Part shown: piece after piece, positions 29,353-39,100 of the stretch
Position numbering within the stretch: the first letter of the stretch is position 1
Layout: each line of letters begins with the position of its first letter
NCBI GenBank assembly: GCA_040222015.1
Contig: JAVJWO010000096.1
Coordinates: 1-64,000, forward strand
Direction: 5' to 3'
Source of the DNA: Coleofasciculus chthonoplastes F2-STO-03
GTDB lineage: Bacteria; Cyanobacteriota; Cyanobacteriia; Cyanobacteriales; Coleofasciculaceae
Length of the DNA stretch: 64,000 bases
Position numbers and translations under genes: made by a program
The notes under the pieces: generated by a model
Database searches by the model: none
The model's input: the letters and a program-made list of their open reading frames with translations, nothing else
Told to the model about the DNA's origin: nothing

Positions 29353-29700
29353 ATGCAAATTCGAGACTACTTCAACTTTCTGGCTCCTGATGATATCCGC
29401 ATTCAGGACAGTCGCATCGGAATTGAAAGCGTTCTTTACGAGTATATTTACCGAGCTAAAACCCCTGAAGAAATCGCCCAACAATTTGAAAGCATTACCC
29501 TAGAACAGGTTTATGCGACGATTCTTTACTATCTACACAACACCGAAGAAGTGAGTGCTTACTTGGCAGATTGGTTAGCATTTTGCCGTCAACAGCGAGA
29601 CGAGCAAAAACAGAATCCTTCTCCGGCACGACAGAGATTACGCCAATTGAAAGTAGAGGCAGAAGTTCAGCAAAAATATTCTGAATCGGTGAACAGTTGA
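29353..29700 (+). CDS. DUF433 family antitoxin
   Basis: IRIQDSRIGIE..TPEEIAQQF..TLEQVYATILYY. Confidence 0.85.
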   Translation: MQIRDYFNFLAPDDIRIQDSRIGIESVLYEYIYRAKTPEEIAQQFESITLEQVYATILYYLHNTEEVSAYLADWLAFCRQQRDEQKQNPSPARQRLRQLKVEAEVQQKYSESVNS

Positions 29701-30065
29701 TAATGATTCAATATTTGTTGGATGAGCATATTGCCTCGTTGTACCGAACTCAACTGATGCGTAAAGCTCCTTATCTTATTGTTAGAAAAATTGGAGATCC
29801 AGATGCTCCGGCAAAAGGAACTCTCGATCCTGAAATTTTAATCTGGTGTGAGACGAATAATTTTATATTAGTGACCAATAATCGGAAATCTATGCCCAAA
29901 CACTTAGCATATCATCTTGCCGAAGGACATCATATACCAGGAATCTTTGTTATCGATCTATCTCGGAATATTGGTGAAACCCTTACCGAGCTAATTTTCA
30001 TTGCTGAAGCTTCCTTTGTTGGGGAATATCAAGACCGAATTGAATACTTGCCGTTGAGTGAATAA
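29697..30065 (+). CDS. DUF5615 PIN-like toxin
   Basis: YLLDEHI, GTLDPEIL, ILVTNN, HIPGI. Overlaps the DUF433 gene. Confidence 0.85.
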   Translation: MIMIQYLLDEHIASLYRTQLMRKAPYLIVRKIGDPDAPAKGTLDPEILIWCETNNFILVTNNRKSMPKHLAYHLAEGHHIPGIFVIDLSRNIGETLTELIFIAEASFVGEYQDRIEYLPLSE

Positions 30066-30106
30066 GAAGAGCAGGAACGAACGATTTAAGATTTCATAGC
30101 CCTTAA

Positions 30107-30212
30107 TATAGCAGTTCCCAAGTGAGTGAGGTACACCCAAAGGTGGGAGCGAATGTAGGGGCACCATCCTTGCGCCCTCACCCCTGCACCTCATCTTATG
30201 AGAAACGCTATA
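30107..30212. mobile_element. MITE-like element with internal REP hairpin
   Basis: TATAGCAGTT...GAGGTACA / TGCACCTC...AAACGCTATA imperfect terminal inverted repeats. Internal GTAGGGGCAC..GCGCCCT. A similar end occurs at 13921. Confidence 0.55.
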
Positions 30213-30228
30213 GTCCTTAATTCCGGTT

Positions 30229-30290
30229 GTAGGGGCGGGTTTTACCGATAACGTTTCAGCATCAACCGATAACTGGACTAAACCCGCCCT
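30229..30290. repeat. GTAGGGGCGGGTTT...AAACCCGCCC REP-like element (others near 18295, 41231, 51181, 56781, 62893)
   Basis: Shared 9-14 bp inverted arms with variable 30-40 bp spacers. Confidence 0.85.
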
Positions 30291-30311
30291 CTTCTATCTT
30301 CAATCTCGTTT

Positions 30312-30851
30312 CATCCTGATTCCATCCACAGATTGTGACAAAATCAAGACAGATAAACATTAGGAAACTGTATCTCTATGGTGATAATTTTCACCCTCTT
30401 CCCCTAACCCCTTCTCCCATCGAGGGAGAAGGGGAACCGGAATAATTAATGATAAAAAATGTAGCTGGTTAGGTTTTCTCTTGCTCCCCTCTCCCCGGCG
30501 TGGGAGAGGGGCTGGGGGTGAGGGGGCGATAGCTAAACTATGACACCAATAATCAACAAACATCCTGATTTCATCTACCGATTGTGACAAAATCAATCCA
30601 GATAAACATTAGAAAACTGTATCTCCATGGTGATAAATTTCACCCTCTTCCCCTAACCCCTTCTCCCATCGAGGGCGAAGGGGAACCGGAATAATTAATG
30701 ATAAAAAATGTAGCTGGCTATATCTTCTCTTACTCCCCTCTCCCCGGCGTGGGAGAGGGGTTGGGGGTGAGGGGGCGATAACTTAACTACGACACCCCTA
30801 ATCAACAAACATCCTGATTCCATCCACAGATTGTGGCACAATCAAGACAGA
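30312..30851 (+). repeat. 249-bp tandem repeat (2 units plus a partial third)
   Basis: CATCCTGATT unit starts at 30312, 30561 and 30810. Each full unit holds CCCCTTCTCCC/GGGAGAAGGGG-type and CCCCTCTCCC/GGGAGAGGGG hairpins. A further partial copy lies at 29133-29214. Confidence 0.9.
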
Positions 30852-30870
30852 GTTATCGCAAAAATCATCA

Positions 30871-32184
30871 ATGGTCTGGGTCAAGGGACAAAAATTACAC
30901 GGTCGTCGCTACGTCATTGAACGAAAACTCGGTCAAGGTGGCTTTGGTATCACCTACCTGGCAAAAGACAGAAAAGGCAAACCCCTCGTTATCAAAACCC
31001 TGAAAGACGAGGTGATGACGAATCCCGACTTTATCGATTTTCGCGATAAATACCAGCGAGATTTTGAGAGGGAAGCCACCCGATTAGCCGTGTGTAAACA
31101 CCCCCATATTGTCCAGATTGAAAATGTTTTTCATGAACAATCCCTTCCCTGTATCGCCATGGAATATATCCAGGGGGAAGATTTATGGCGGCGGGTGAGA
31201 AATCGCAGTCCTTTATCGGAAGCTGAAGCATTAGGCTATATCCAGCAGATTGGGGAAGCGCTGACACTGGTTCATGATAAGGGCTTATTGCATCGGGATT
31301 TAAAACCGCAAAATATTATGGTGCGTTCTGATGTATCAGAAGCCGTACTCATTGATTTTGGCATTGCTAGAGAATTTATCCCTAATCTGACTCAAACTCA
31401 TAGTGTTCATGTCACACCGGGTTTTGCTCCCCTTGAGCAGTATGATGAGCAAGCACATCGAGGGGAATATACGGATGTGTATGGGTTAGCGGCGACATTG
31501 TATTGTTTATTGACGACAAAAGTACCACCACCAGCATTTATGCGAGTCGGGCGGGATAGGTTGCAATCACCACAGGCGCTGAATTCAAAAGTCAGTGATA
31601 GGGTGAATCAAGCCATTTTGACCGGGATGGAACTGCAACCGGAAAATCGTCCTCAATCGGTTTCGGAATGGTTGCGGTTATTGATTCCTGAGAATTTGGA
31701 TGAGGAGTTGAGTTCAGAATGTGGTATCGATTACCGCCGACTGCGAGATTTATTAGCTGCTGGAGAATGGAAAGAAGCGGATAGAGAAACGGCAGATAAA
31801 ATGCTGGCTGTGATTGGCAAAGAAAGCTGGTTGGATGTTGAAAGAGAAGATATAGACCAATTTCCTTGTACTGACCTACGAACGATTGACCGTCTCTGGG
31901 TAAAATATAGTAATGGAAGCTTTGGTTTTTCTGTGCAAAAGCGAATTTGGCAAAGTTTAGGGGGGCAACCAGGCGTGTATGATTATGACATTTATAAAAC
32001 GTTGGGTGATACCGTGGGTTGGCGTGAAAAAGATGATTGGTTAATGTATAAAGACCTTACCTTTAGTCTAAATGCCCCCCTTGGGCATCTGCCAAGTGTT
32101 GGAGGAGGGGGGAGGAGGAGAAGGGGGAGAGGGAGGGATGTGGTGATGTATCTCTTCTCTCGCGTCGAGACTTGTAAAATGTAA
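30871..32184 (+). CDS. Ser/Thr protein kinase with C-terminal GUN4-like domain
   Basis: Kinase GQGGFG, HRDLKPQN, DFG, APLE. GUN4-like DYRRLRDLLAAGEWKEADRET, FPCTDLRTIDRLW, FGFSVQKRIW, APLGHLP. Confidence 0.92.
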   Translation: MVWVKGQKLHGRRYVIERKLGQGGFGITYLAKDRKGKPLVIKTLKDEVMTNPDFIDFRDKYQRDFEREATRLAVCKHPHIVQIENVFHEQSLPCIAMEYIQGEDLWRRVRNRSPLSEAEALGYIQQIGEALTLVHDKGLLHRDLKPQNIMVRSDVSEAVLIDFGIAREFIPNLTQTHSVHVTPGFAPLEQYDEQAHRGEYTDVYGLAATLYCLLTTKVPPPAFMRVGRDRLQSPQALNSKVSDRVNQAILTGMELQPENRPQSVSEWLRLLIPENLDEELSSECGIDYRRLRDLLAAGEWKEADRETADKMLAVIGKESWLDVEREDIDQFPCTDLRTIDRLWVKYSNGSFGFSVQKRIWQSLGGQPGVYDYDIYKTLGDTVGWREKDDWLMYKDLTFSLNAPLGHLPSVGGGGRRRRGRGRDVVMYLFSRVETCKM

Positions 32185-32311
32185 CATATAAAGGTTTCAG
32201 CAGAATGTAACAATTTACAACAGAGGCAAAATCCACGAGGTCTTGCGGGTTCTACGTTTCCGATACCTGGCACCGCCCCAACCCAAAAGCAACAGTAATT
32301 CAATCAAATGT

Positions 32312-32728
32312 ATGGCTAGAGATGCCTTTCATAACGCAGTAAAAGTGGCACGACAAAAAGAAGGCTGGGTAATTACGGCTGATCCGCTACAGATTAAGTT
32401 TGGCAAGCTTGACTTGTATATTGATTTAGGTGCAGAACAGGTTATCGGCGCAGAGCAAAATGGACAGAAAATAGCCATTGAAATTAAGAGTTTTCTGGGA
32501 CAGTCTACGGTTACTGAATTTCACAGAGCGGTTGGACAATTTATTAGTTACCGAGATGTCCTCAGAGTGGTTGAGCCGGAGAGAGTTCTCTATCTCGCTG
32601 TACCACAACTTATCTATGATGATTTTTTTAAAGTGCAAGAGTTGGCTCAGTTAGTCGTACAAACGAATCAAATTAAAATCATTGTATATAACCCAGTTTT
32701 GGAGACAATTGTGCAATGGATAAACTAG
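32312..32728 (+). CDS. xisH: XisH family protein
   Basis: MARDAFHNAVK, GW.IT.DP, IDLGAE, IAIEIKSF, AVGQF..YR. Confidence 0.9.
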   Translation: MARDAFHNAVKVARQKEGWVITADPLQIKFGKLDLYIDLGAEQVIGAEQNGQKIAIEIKSFLGQSTVTEFHRAVGQFISYRDVLRVVEPERVLYLAVPQLIYDDFFKVQELAQLVVQTNQIKIIVYNPVLETIVQWIN

Positions 32729-33054
32729 AACGATATCGTCAAGCTGTCCAGCAAGTCTTAACCAAATATGGCAGCTATAAACCGATGAACGTACAGGTTG
32801 AAGTACAGATGATTTTTGACACTGAACGCGACTATTATCAAGTGGTGAGTGTGGGTTGGCACAACGAGAGACGAATCCACAGTTGCTCAATGCATATCGA
32901 TATTAAGCCGGATGGTAAGGTATGGATACAGCTTAATAATACTGAGGCTCATTTAGCCGATGAGTTGATGGAATTGGGCGTAAATCGGGAGGATATCGTA
33001 TTAGGATTTCATAGTCCTTATATGCGACAATTTACCGATTTTGCCGTTGGTTAA
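32716..33054 (+). CDS. xisI: XisI family protein
   Basis: MDKLERYR, FDTERDYYQ, HIDIK.GKVWIQ, DIVLGFHSP. Overlaps xisH. Confidence 0.9.
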   Translation: MDKLERYRQAVQQVLTKYGSYKPMNVQVEVQMIFDTERDYYQVVSVGWHNERRIHSCSMHIDIKPDGKVWIQLNNTEAHLADELMELGVNREDIVLGFHSPYMRQFTDFAVG

Positions 33055-33184
33055 TTGTGCAACCAAACTGCACGACAGCCAAAACCCACACCTGCGACTA
33101 CGCCAACATCACAACAGGTTCACCCAGAAACACATACCGCACCTGGCACCGCCCCAACTCCACAATAAAACACTCATAAAAATG

Positions 33185-33748
33185 CTATTTTTTCATTTTT
33201 AACCAACCAAAGACTTGCTCAACGGTTAATGTTAATGGAATTCCTTCTAACCCAATTAACGCATCACGATTATTCCGTAACTCCGGTTGTTGTTGAGGCT
33301 GAAAGACTAAAATTGAACGGTCATCTGGGTCAAGTAGCCATCCCAATTGACACCCATATTGGAGCGCGTGCAGAATATTACCTGTAACCTGATTAGAACT
33401 TTGGTTGGGTGAGAGAATTTCAATCATCCAATCTGGCGGGATGACCACATCATCAAGGGGTTCGCCTTGTTCATCAAACTGAATATGTTCCCACCGCAGA
33501 ACCGCTATATCGGCAACAATTGACCGTCCGCCAAAGGTACAACGCAGTTCAGGAAAAGCAGAAGCAAGTTGTTCGGCTTCGCTAACATTATTAATCGACT
33601 GAATCAACTTACTCTGAAGTCGAGAATGGCGAGTTTTTTGCATTGGCTTCTGCACAATTTTGCCGTCAATATATTCCCTGGCGGGTTTGGTTTCGGGTTG
33701 TTGGAGAAATTCGGCTAGAGTAAGGGTTAGGGATGGTGTTTGTACCAT
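33185..33748 (-). CDS. Uma2 (DUF820) family endonuclease-fold protein
   Basis: PETKPAREYIDG, FPELRCTFGGRSIV, PDWMIEILSP, LGWLLDP. Confidence 0.9.
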   Translation of the reverse strand: MVQTPSLTLTLAEFLQQPETKPAREYIDGKIVQKPMQKTRHSRLQSKLIQSINNVSEAEQLASAFPELRCTFGGRSIVADIAVLRWEHIQFDEQGEPLDDVVIPPDWMIEILSPNQSSNQVTGNILHALQYGCQLGWLLDPDDRSILVFQPQQQPELRNNRDALIGLEGIPLTLTVEQVFGWLKMKK

Positions 33749-33937
33749 TTAGAGTTATCTCCAATAGGTGACAAGAATAAAATGATGATGCTGTTTAATT
33801 AACCATGGGATCAGACCTCTTATTTGGAGGGGCTTTCAGACTCCCATTTCCGTGCAACAAAAGCGAAGCATCCTTATAACAATATATTAATCTTAATTGA
33901 GTATCAGGCAAAATGATTAACCTATCTAACAGTTTAG

Positions 33938-34708
33938 CTAGGAACAAGGATGCGATCGCGCAAATTCTGCCATCAAGGGTTGATAGTGACGACTGGAGAA
34001 GGGACGATAATCCTTGCTCGCATCAACGCTCATTTTACACAATAACCGAAACTGTAAGGGTGTCGGCGCTTTATTGACACGTTCTACCTGTACCTCCAGG
34101 TTTAAGTTTTGTTGAAGTAAATCAAACATTTCTGCCAGCAAATATCGCGGACAATAACCGACAATGTAGTGGTCTTCTGTGGTTAAAATTAAAGCTTGAG
34201 CATCGTAAGGATTTTGAAATTCGTGAGCTAACCATAATTTGTTACCCGATTCAAACTGATTAATCCGCTCAATGGCACAGCTCGGCAAATGTCGCAGCCC
34301 ATGGGAGAAAAAGTATAAATGATACTGTCCTTGTGTATTAACTTCCGGACAAGGAAAAACAGCAAGTGTATCCGTTTCTCTTTCCCCACCACTGCGGGCT
34401 AAAATTGTCATGGGGTCATGTTCATCGTTGGGAATATTTAACCATTCCATAAAACTAGAATAATCTGGACGCGATCGCGACATTAACCGATTCGCAAAGA
34501 CGGGGAATAATTGAGTTGATGTATAAACTTCATCTAAGTACGGAAACGAAGATAATGGCTGAAAAGCACATTTGGCTTCCGCCTCTGTTACCCCTTGAGT
34601 ATAAACAAATTGATAGAGTCTTCCATCAAAGGTTAACCGACCAATCGGGAACCAATAGCGACTCATCGGATCTTGCCAAGCTAAAAATAGTGTTTTTGGT
34701 GTCTTCAA
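33938..34708 (-). CDS. HIRAN-domain protein, partner of the HipA-like kinase
   Basis: LFLAWQDP, LFPVFANR, C-terminal NPYDAQAL..VGYCPRYL. TTG start overlaps the kinase stop. Confidence 0.75.
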   Translation of the reverse strand: MKTPKTLFLAWQDPMSRYWFPIGRLTFDGRLYQFVYTQGVTEAEAKCAFQPLSSFPYLDEVYTSTQLFPVFANRLMSRSRPDYSSFMEWLNIPNDEHDPMTILARSGGERETDTLAVFPCPEVNTQGQYHLYFFSHGLRHLPSCAIERINQFESGNKLWLAHEFQNPYDAQALILTTEDHYIVGYCPRYLLAEMFDLLQQNLNLEVQVERVNKAPTPLQFRLLCKMSVDASKDYRPFSSRHYQPLMAEFARSHPCS

Positions 34709-35625
34709 GGTCGTGTTTTCCTCAAGGTAAGTAGCCGATGTTTATTGATATCCAGAATCTCCTGAGCAAAGTGGCTGGCTTCGGGAGAAATGCGCGATCG
34801 GTTAATGCGATTAAAGATGGCTAAAGTATTAGCCTTTTGGATCGTTTCCAGCCGCGCCAACCACACAGAAGCCGCTTGGGGATAGCGATGAGCCACGAGT
34901 GAGAACACATCAAAGGTTTTAAGCGTTTTTCTATCATCAACACTGCCATAAAACGCCGAAAAACATTTATTGGCATAAGCCTGAACTGAGCGTTTCTGCC
35001 TTTGCTCGTCAGAGAGATCGCGTCCTAAACTGGAAGCATGGTCATAGGTTGGTGCTAGGTGTTCAGTTTCAGCGGACGCTGATGCTATTTTCATGCGAAC
35101 AATTCCCCAATTTTCATGGTGACGATCGCCATTACCAATCCATGCATCTAGCAGCAGATAACCAACAAACACATCTACTGCTGTTTGGATACCAGAGGGC
35201 GGTGTCCAATCAATCGGTAAATGGACAGATTCCCCGGCAATCACCCTTAATACTCTATCTATTGTATGTTGTGATATACCATACGTCCCAAACGCCGGAT
35301 AGTTCGGCACAATTGAGGAAAGCAGTTCGTTACCATGAACCAGCGTCCCCGATTTCGGTAAAAAGTTAGGTGAAACGACACCGCGATCGCCTTTCCAGGT
35401 AGAAGCCAATTCGTAAACCGCATGGGGAAGTCCCAATAGTTGGCATAATTCTGAGGCGACTTTTTCTGCCCAATCTTCCCCCAGGTTGGGTCTGCTTTGT
35501 TTATAAAGACAACGACCCAGTTTTTCGTGGTAGAACCAAAACTTATATTTACTCCCTAACGCTTCATTCGAGGAGGCTTCATACGCTTCTTGCGTGACCA
35601 GTAAGATTGGGAATTCATCGGTCAT
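34705..35625 (-). CDS. HipA-like kinase
   Basis: LGSKYKFW, LYK, EDWAEKVA, DAWIGNGDRHHENWG, LAPTYDH. Confidence 0.88.
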   Translation of the reverse strand: MTDEFPILLVTQEAYEASSNEALGSKYKFWFYHEKLGRCLYKQSRPNLGEDWAEKVASELCQLLGLPHAVYELASTWKGDRGVVSPNFLPKSGTLVHGNELLSSIVPNYPAFGTYGISQHTIDRVLRVIAGESVHLPIDWTPPSGIQTAVDVFVGYLLLDAWIGNGDRHHENWGIVRMKIASASAETEHLAPTYDHASSLGRDLSDEQRQKRSVQAYANKCFSAFYGSVDDRKTLKTFDVFSLVAHRYPQAASVWLARLETIQKANTLAIFNRINRSRISPEASHFAQEILDINKHRLLTLRKTRP

Positions 35626-35867
35626 AAATCAGACATACAGTCTCTAACCGTTGGTCGGTCTGCATGAGTTGGTGAACGGAGGGAACTTGCAGGTAGAGTC
35701 ATAACGGCTACGGTGTTGCCTAACCTATCAAAAAATTCAACACTATAACCCGTTTCTAGTTCGGCAACGTTATGTTTTTCGACAACTGTACCGATATCAC
35801 CTGCATAAAGTCCAGCTTCAGGAATATCGCCAAGCAAGATAACGTCTGAATAAAGTTCGTAATCCAT
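35622..35867 (-). CDS. DUF4926-like small protein
   Basis: DV.LL.DIP..GL..GDIGTVVE..GYSVEFF. ATGA overlap with the kinase. Confidence 0.75.
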   Translation of the reverse strand: MDYELYSDVILLGDIPEAGLYAGDIGTVVEKHNVAELETGYSVEFFDRLGNTVAVMTLPASSLRSPTHADRPTVRDCMSDL

Positions 35868-36000
35868 GGTATCCTCTATTCATGGCTCTAGTAGCCGTTC
35901 AGTCAGCAATCTTTATAAGCCTAATTCTTCCCGCAATGATTGCAGTGCGATCGCGATTGGGAATCATCACCGCTTTTTCTAGGCGTGTACCGATTACACT

Positions 36001-36114
36001 GTAGGGGCGACCCGCTTGCATTAATGAACAACGCTGTCCATTTAATTGACTCGGGTCGCCCTATGAATCCTTACGTAGGGTGCGTTAGCGAAGCGTAACG
36101 CACCCTACGTAAGG
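36001..36114. repeat. Two REP-like hairpins downstream of gltB
   Basis: GTAGGGGCGACCCG..CGGGTCGCCCTA, and a 19-bp inverted repeat CCTTACGTAGGGTGCGTTA / TAACGCACCCTACGTAAGG. Confidence 0.8.
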
Positions 36115-36119
36115 CTGGA

Positions 36120-39100
36120 CTAGCTACCGCTAATCCGGGCTAAATCGCGGGCGTTTTCTTCAAACGCAGCCGTTAGCGCATCATCCCCACTTAACCCGGC
36201 TTCTTCGGCTTTATTCAAACAAGCCAATACCCGCTTGTAATCCCTGGGTATCACCTTGACAAACTTCGGCACCATTTCTGTCCAATTCGCCAAGATGGTT
36301 AATCCCAGTTGACTCTTGGTGTACTCGACGTGTTTGGCAATCATTTGGTGGATGATTTCAATCTCCTCCTCATCTTCCAGTTTCTCTAAGTCGGACATCT
36401 GGGTATTGCAACGAGTGGCAAAATCCCCTTTCTCATCCAACACATAGGCGACACCGCCACTCATTCCAGCGGCAAAGTTGCGCCCGGTTGCACCAAGAAC
36501 CACCACTTTCCCCCCAGTCATATATTCGCACCCATGATCTCCCACGGCTTCAACTACCGCGTTAACCCCTGAGTTGCGAACACAGAACCGTTCACCTGCC
36601 ATTCCCCGAATATAAACTTCACCAGAGGTTGCGCCATAGAGGGCGACATTACCGACAATGATATTTTCACGGGGGACAAAGGTGGAACGGGCGGGAGGAT
36701 AGAGGATTAATTTACCCCCGGATAATCCTTTGCCAAAGTAGTCATTGGCATCTCCTTCTAGTTCTAAGCTGACGCCCTTGGGTACAAACGCGCCGAAGCT
36801 TTGACCCGCACTTCCTTGGAAATGCAGATGGATGGTATCCTCCGGTAACCCCTGCCAATGACGCTTGGTGATTTCATTGCCTAAAATCGTGCCCACCGCC
36901 CGATTGGTATTCTGAATCGGTAGGGTAGCCGTTACCTTTTCACCCTTTGCGATCGCACCTTTGCATAAGTCTAGCAGAACCCTCATATCCAGGGACTTAT
37001 CCAACCCATGATCCTGGGGAATCTGACAATAGCGCCCAATTTCGGGTCCCACATCCGGTTGATAGAGAATCTGGGATAAATCTAATCCCTTCGCCTTCCA
37101 ATGATCCACCGCCTGCTTCGCTTCCAAGACATCCACACGCCCAACCATTTCATTCAGGGTGCGGAATCCCAGTTGCGCCATGATTTCCCGCACTTCTTGG
37201 GCGACAAATCCCATGAAGTTTACCGTATGATCTGGATTGCCAATGAAACTCTGACGTAGCAGGGGGTTCTGAGTGGCAATTCCCGCCGGACAGGTGTTTT
37301 TTTGACAAACTCGCATCATAATGCAGCCCAGGGACACCAGAGGTGCCGTAGAGAAGCCAAATTCCTCTGCCCCCAATAGCGCCGCAATTGCCACATCGCG
37401 CCCGGTTTTCATTTGACCATCGGTTTCTACCACAATCCGCGATCGCAGATCATTTAATACCAGGGTTTGATGGGTTTCCGCAACCCCTAATTCCCAGGGT
37501 AATCCGGCGTGTTTAATCGAGGTTTGCGGCGATGCACCGGTTCCGCCATCAAAACCAGAAATGAGTACCACATCCGCATGGGCTTTTGCCACCCCCGCCG
37601 CGATAGTTCCCACACCCACCTCAGACACCAGTTTCACATTAATCCGGGCGTCGCGGTTGGCGTTTTTCAAGTCATGAATTAACTCGGCTAAGTCTTCAAT
37701 TGAGTAGATATCGTGGTGCGGTGGTGGTGAAATTAACCCGACTCCAGGGGTAGAGTTGCGTACCTTAGCAATCCAAGGATATACCTTGCGCCCCGGTAAC
37801 TGTCCCCCTTCTCCCGGTTTCGCCCCCTGCGCCATCTTAATTTGGAGTTCCTTGGCTTTAGACAGATACAAACTGTTGACGCCAAACCGCCCGGATGCGA
37901 CTTGTTTAATCCCGCTGTTCTTAGAATCCCCCCGTTCATTTGTCCAGGTATAGCGTTCGGGATCTTCTCCGCCTTCCCCGGTATTGGATTTCCCGCCAAT
38001 CCGGTTCATGGCTATGGCTAGGGATTCATGTGCCTCTTTGGAAATTGAACCATAACTCATCGCCCCGGTTTTGAACCGTCGGGTAATCGCTTCCACGGGT
38101 TCGACTTCCTCTAAGGGAATCGGGTCGCGTTTTTTGAATTGCAGGAGTCCGCGTAGGGTAAAATGTTGCTGGGTCTGCTCATTAATTAGGGCAGCATATT
38201 CTTTATACAGGTCATAGCTACCCTGACGCACGGCGTTTTGCAGGGCGTGGATGGTTTGGGGACTTAATAGGTGTGCTTCCCCGTCTTTGCGCCACTGATA
38301 TTCGCCGCCAGCATCTAGGGTATGTCCATTTACTTCTCGATCCGGGAAGGCGTGACTATGGCGCATAATTGCTTCTTGGGCAATTACGTCTAAATCCGCC
38401 CCTTCAATCCGGGTGGCTGTCCAGGTAAAGTATTTATCAACCAGGGCTTGTTTGAGTCCAATGGTTTCAAAGATTTGGGCGCCGCGATAGCTTTGGATGG
38501 TGGAAATGCCAATCTTGGAGGCGACTTTAATTACACCTTTGGTGGCGGCTTTGATATAGTTTTTGTACGCCGTCTTGGGATCAATATTCTCCAGCAAGCC
38601 CTGGCTGATCATATCGTCAATGGTTTCAAACATCAGATAGGGATTAATCCCGCCGCAGCCATAACCGATAAGCAGCGCATGATGATGAACTTCGCGAGGT
38701 TCTCCGGATTCTAAGACGATTCCCACTTTAGTCCGGGTTTTTTTGCGGATTAAGTGGTGATGTAATCCAGCCACCGCAAGTAAGGCGGGGATGGGTGCAT
38801 GGTCTTTGTCAACGCCGCGATCGCTGAGAATAATGATACTGGTTCCTTGTGCGATCGCGCTATCCGCTTTCCCACAAATCTCATCCATCGCCGTTTCCAA
38901 TCCCTTCACCCCAGCCTTGGGGTCAAATAGAATCGGAAGGGTGACAGATTTAAACTCCCCTTCGGATACATATTTCAGCTTTGCCAATTCCTCGTTCGTC
39001 AGAATCGGCGTTTTCAGTTCAATTAAATGACAACTCTGGGGTTCGGGTTCGAGTAAGTTGCGTTCTGAACCAATCGTAGTTTCCGCCGAGGTGATAATTT

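Noticed and set aside
30312..30851. Possible CRISPR array, or the ORF 30360-30596
   Set aside because: Units are 249 bp and repeated over their full length. The ORF is a translation of repeat DNA.
32243..32311. N-terminal extension of XisH
   Set aside because: Family similarity starts at MARD (32312), and the extension overlaps the flanking repeat.
30871..33200. Complete DGR cassette in the window
   Set aside because: No reverse transcriptase, avd gene or second copy of the variable-region flanks was found. Only a candidate target is supportable.
35905..35960. Possible remnant of an antitoxin gene (IALQSLREELGL*) upstream of DUF4926
   Set aside because: Too short to support as a feature.
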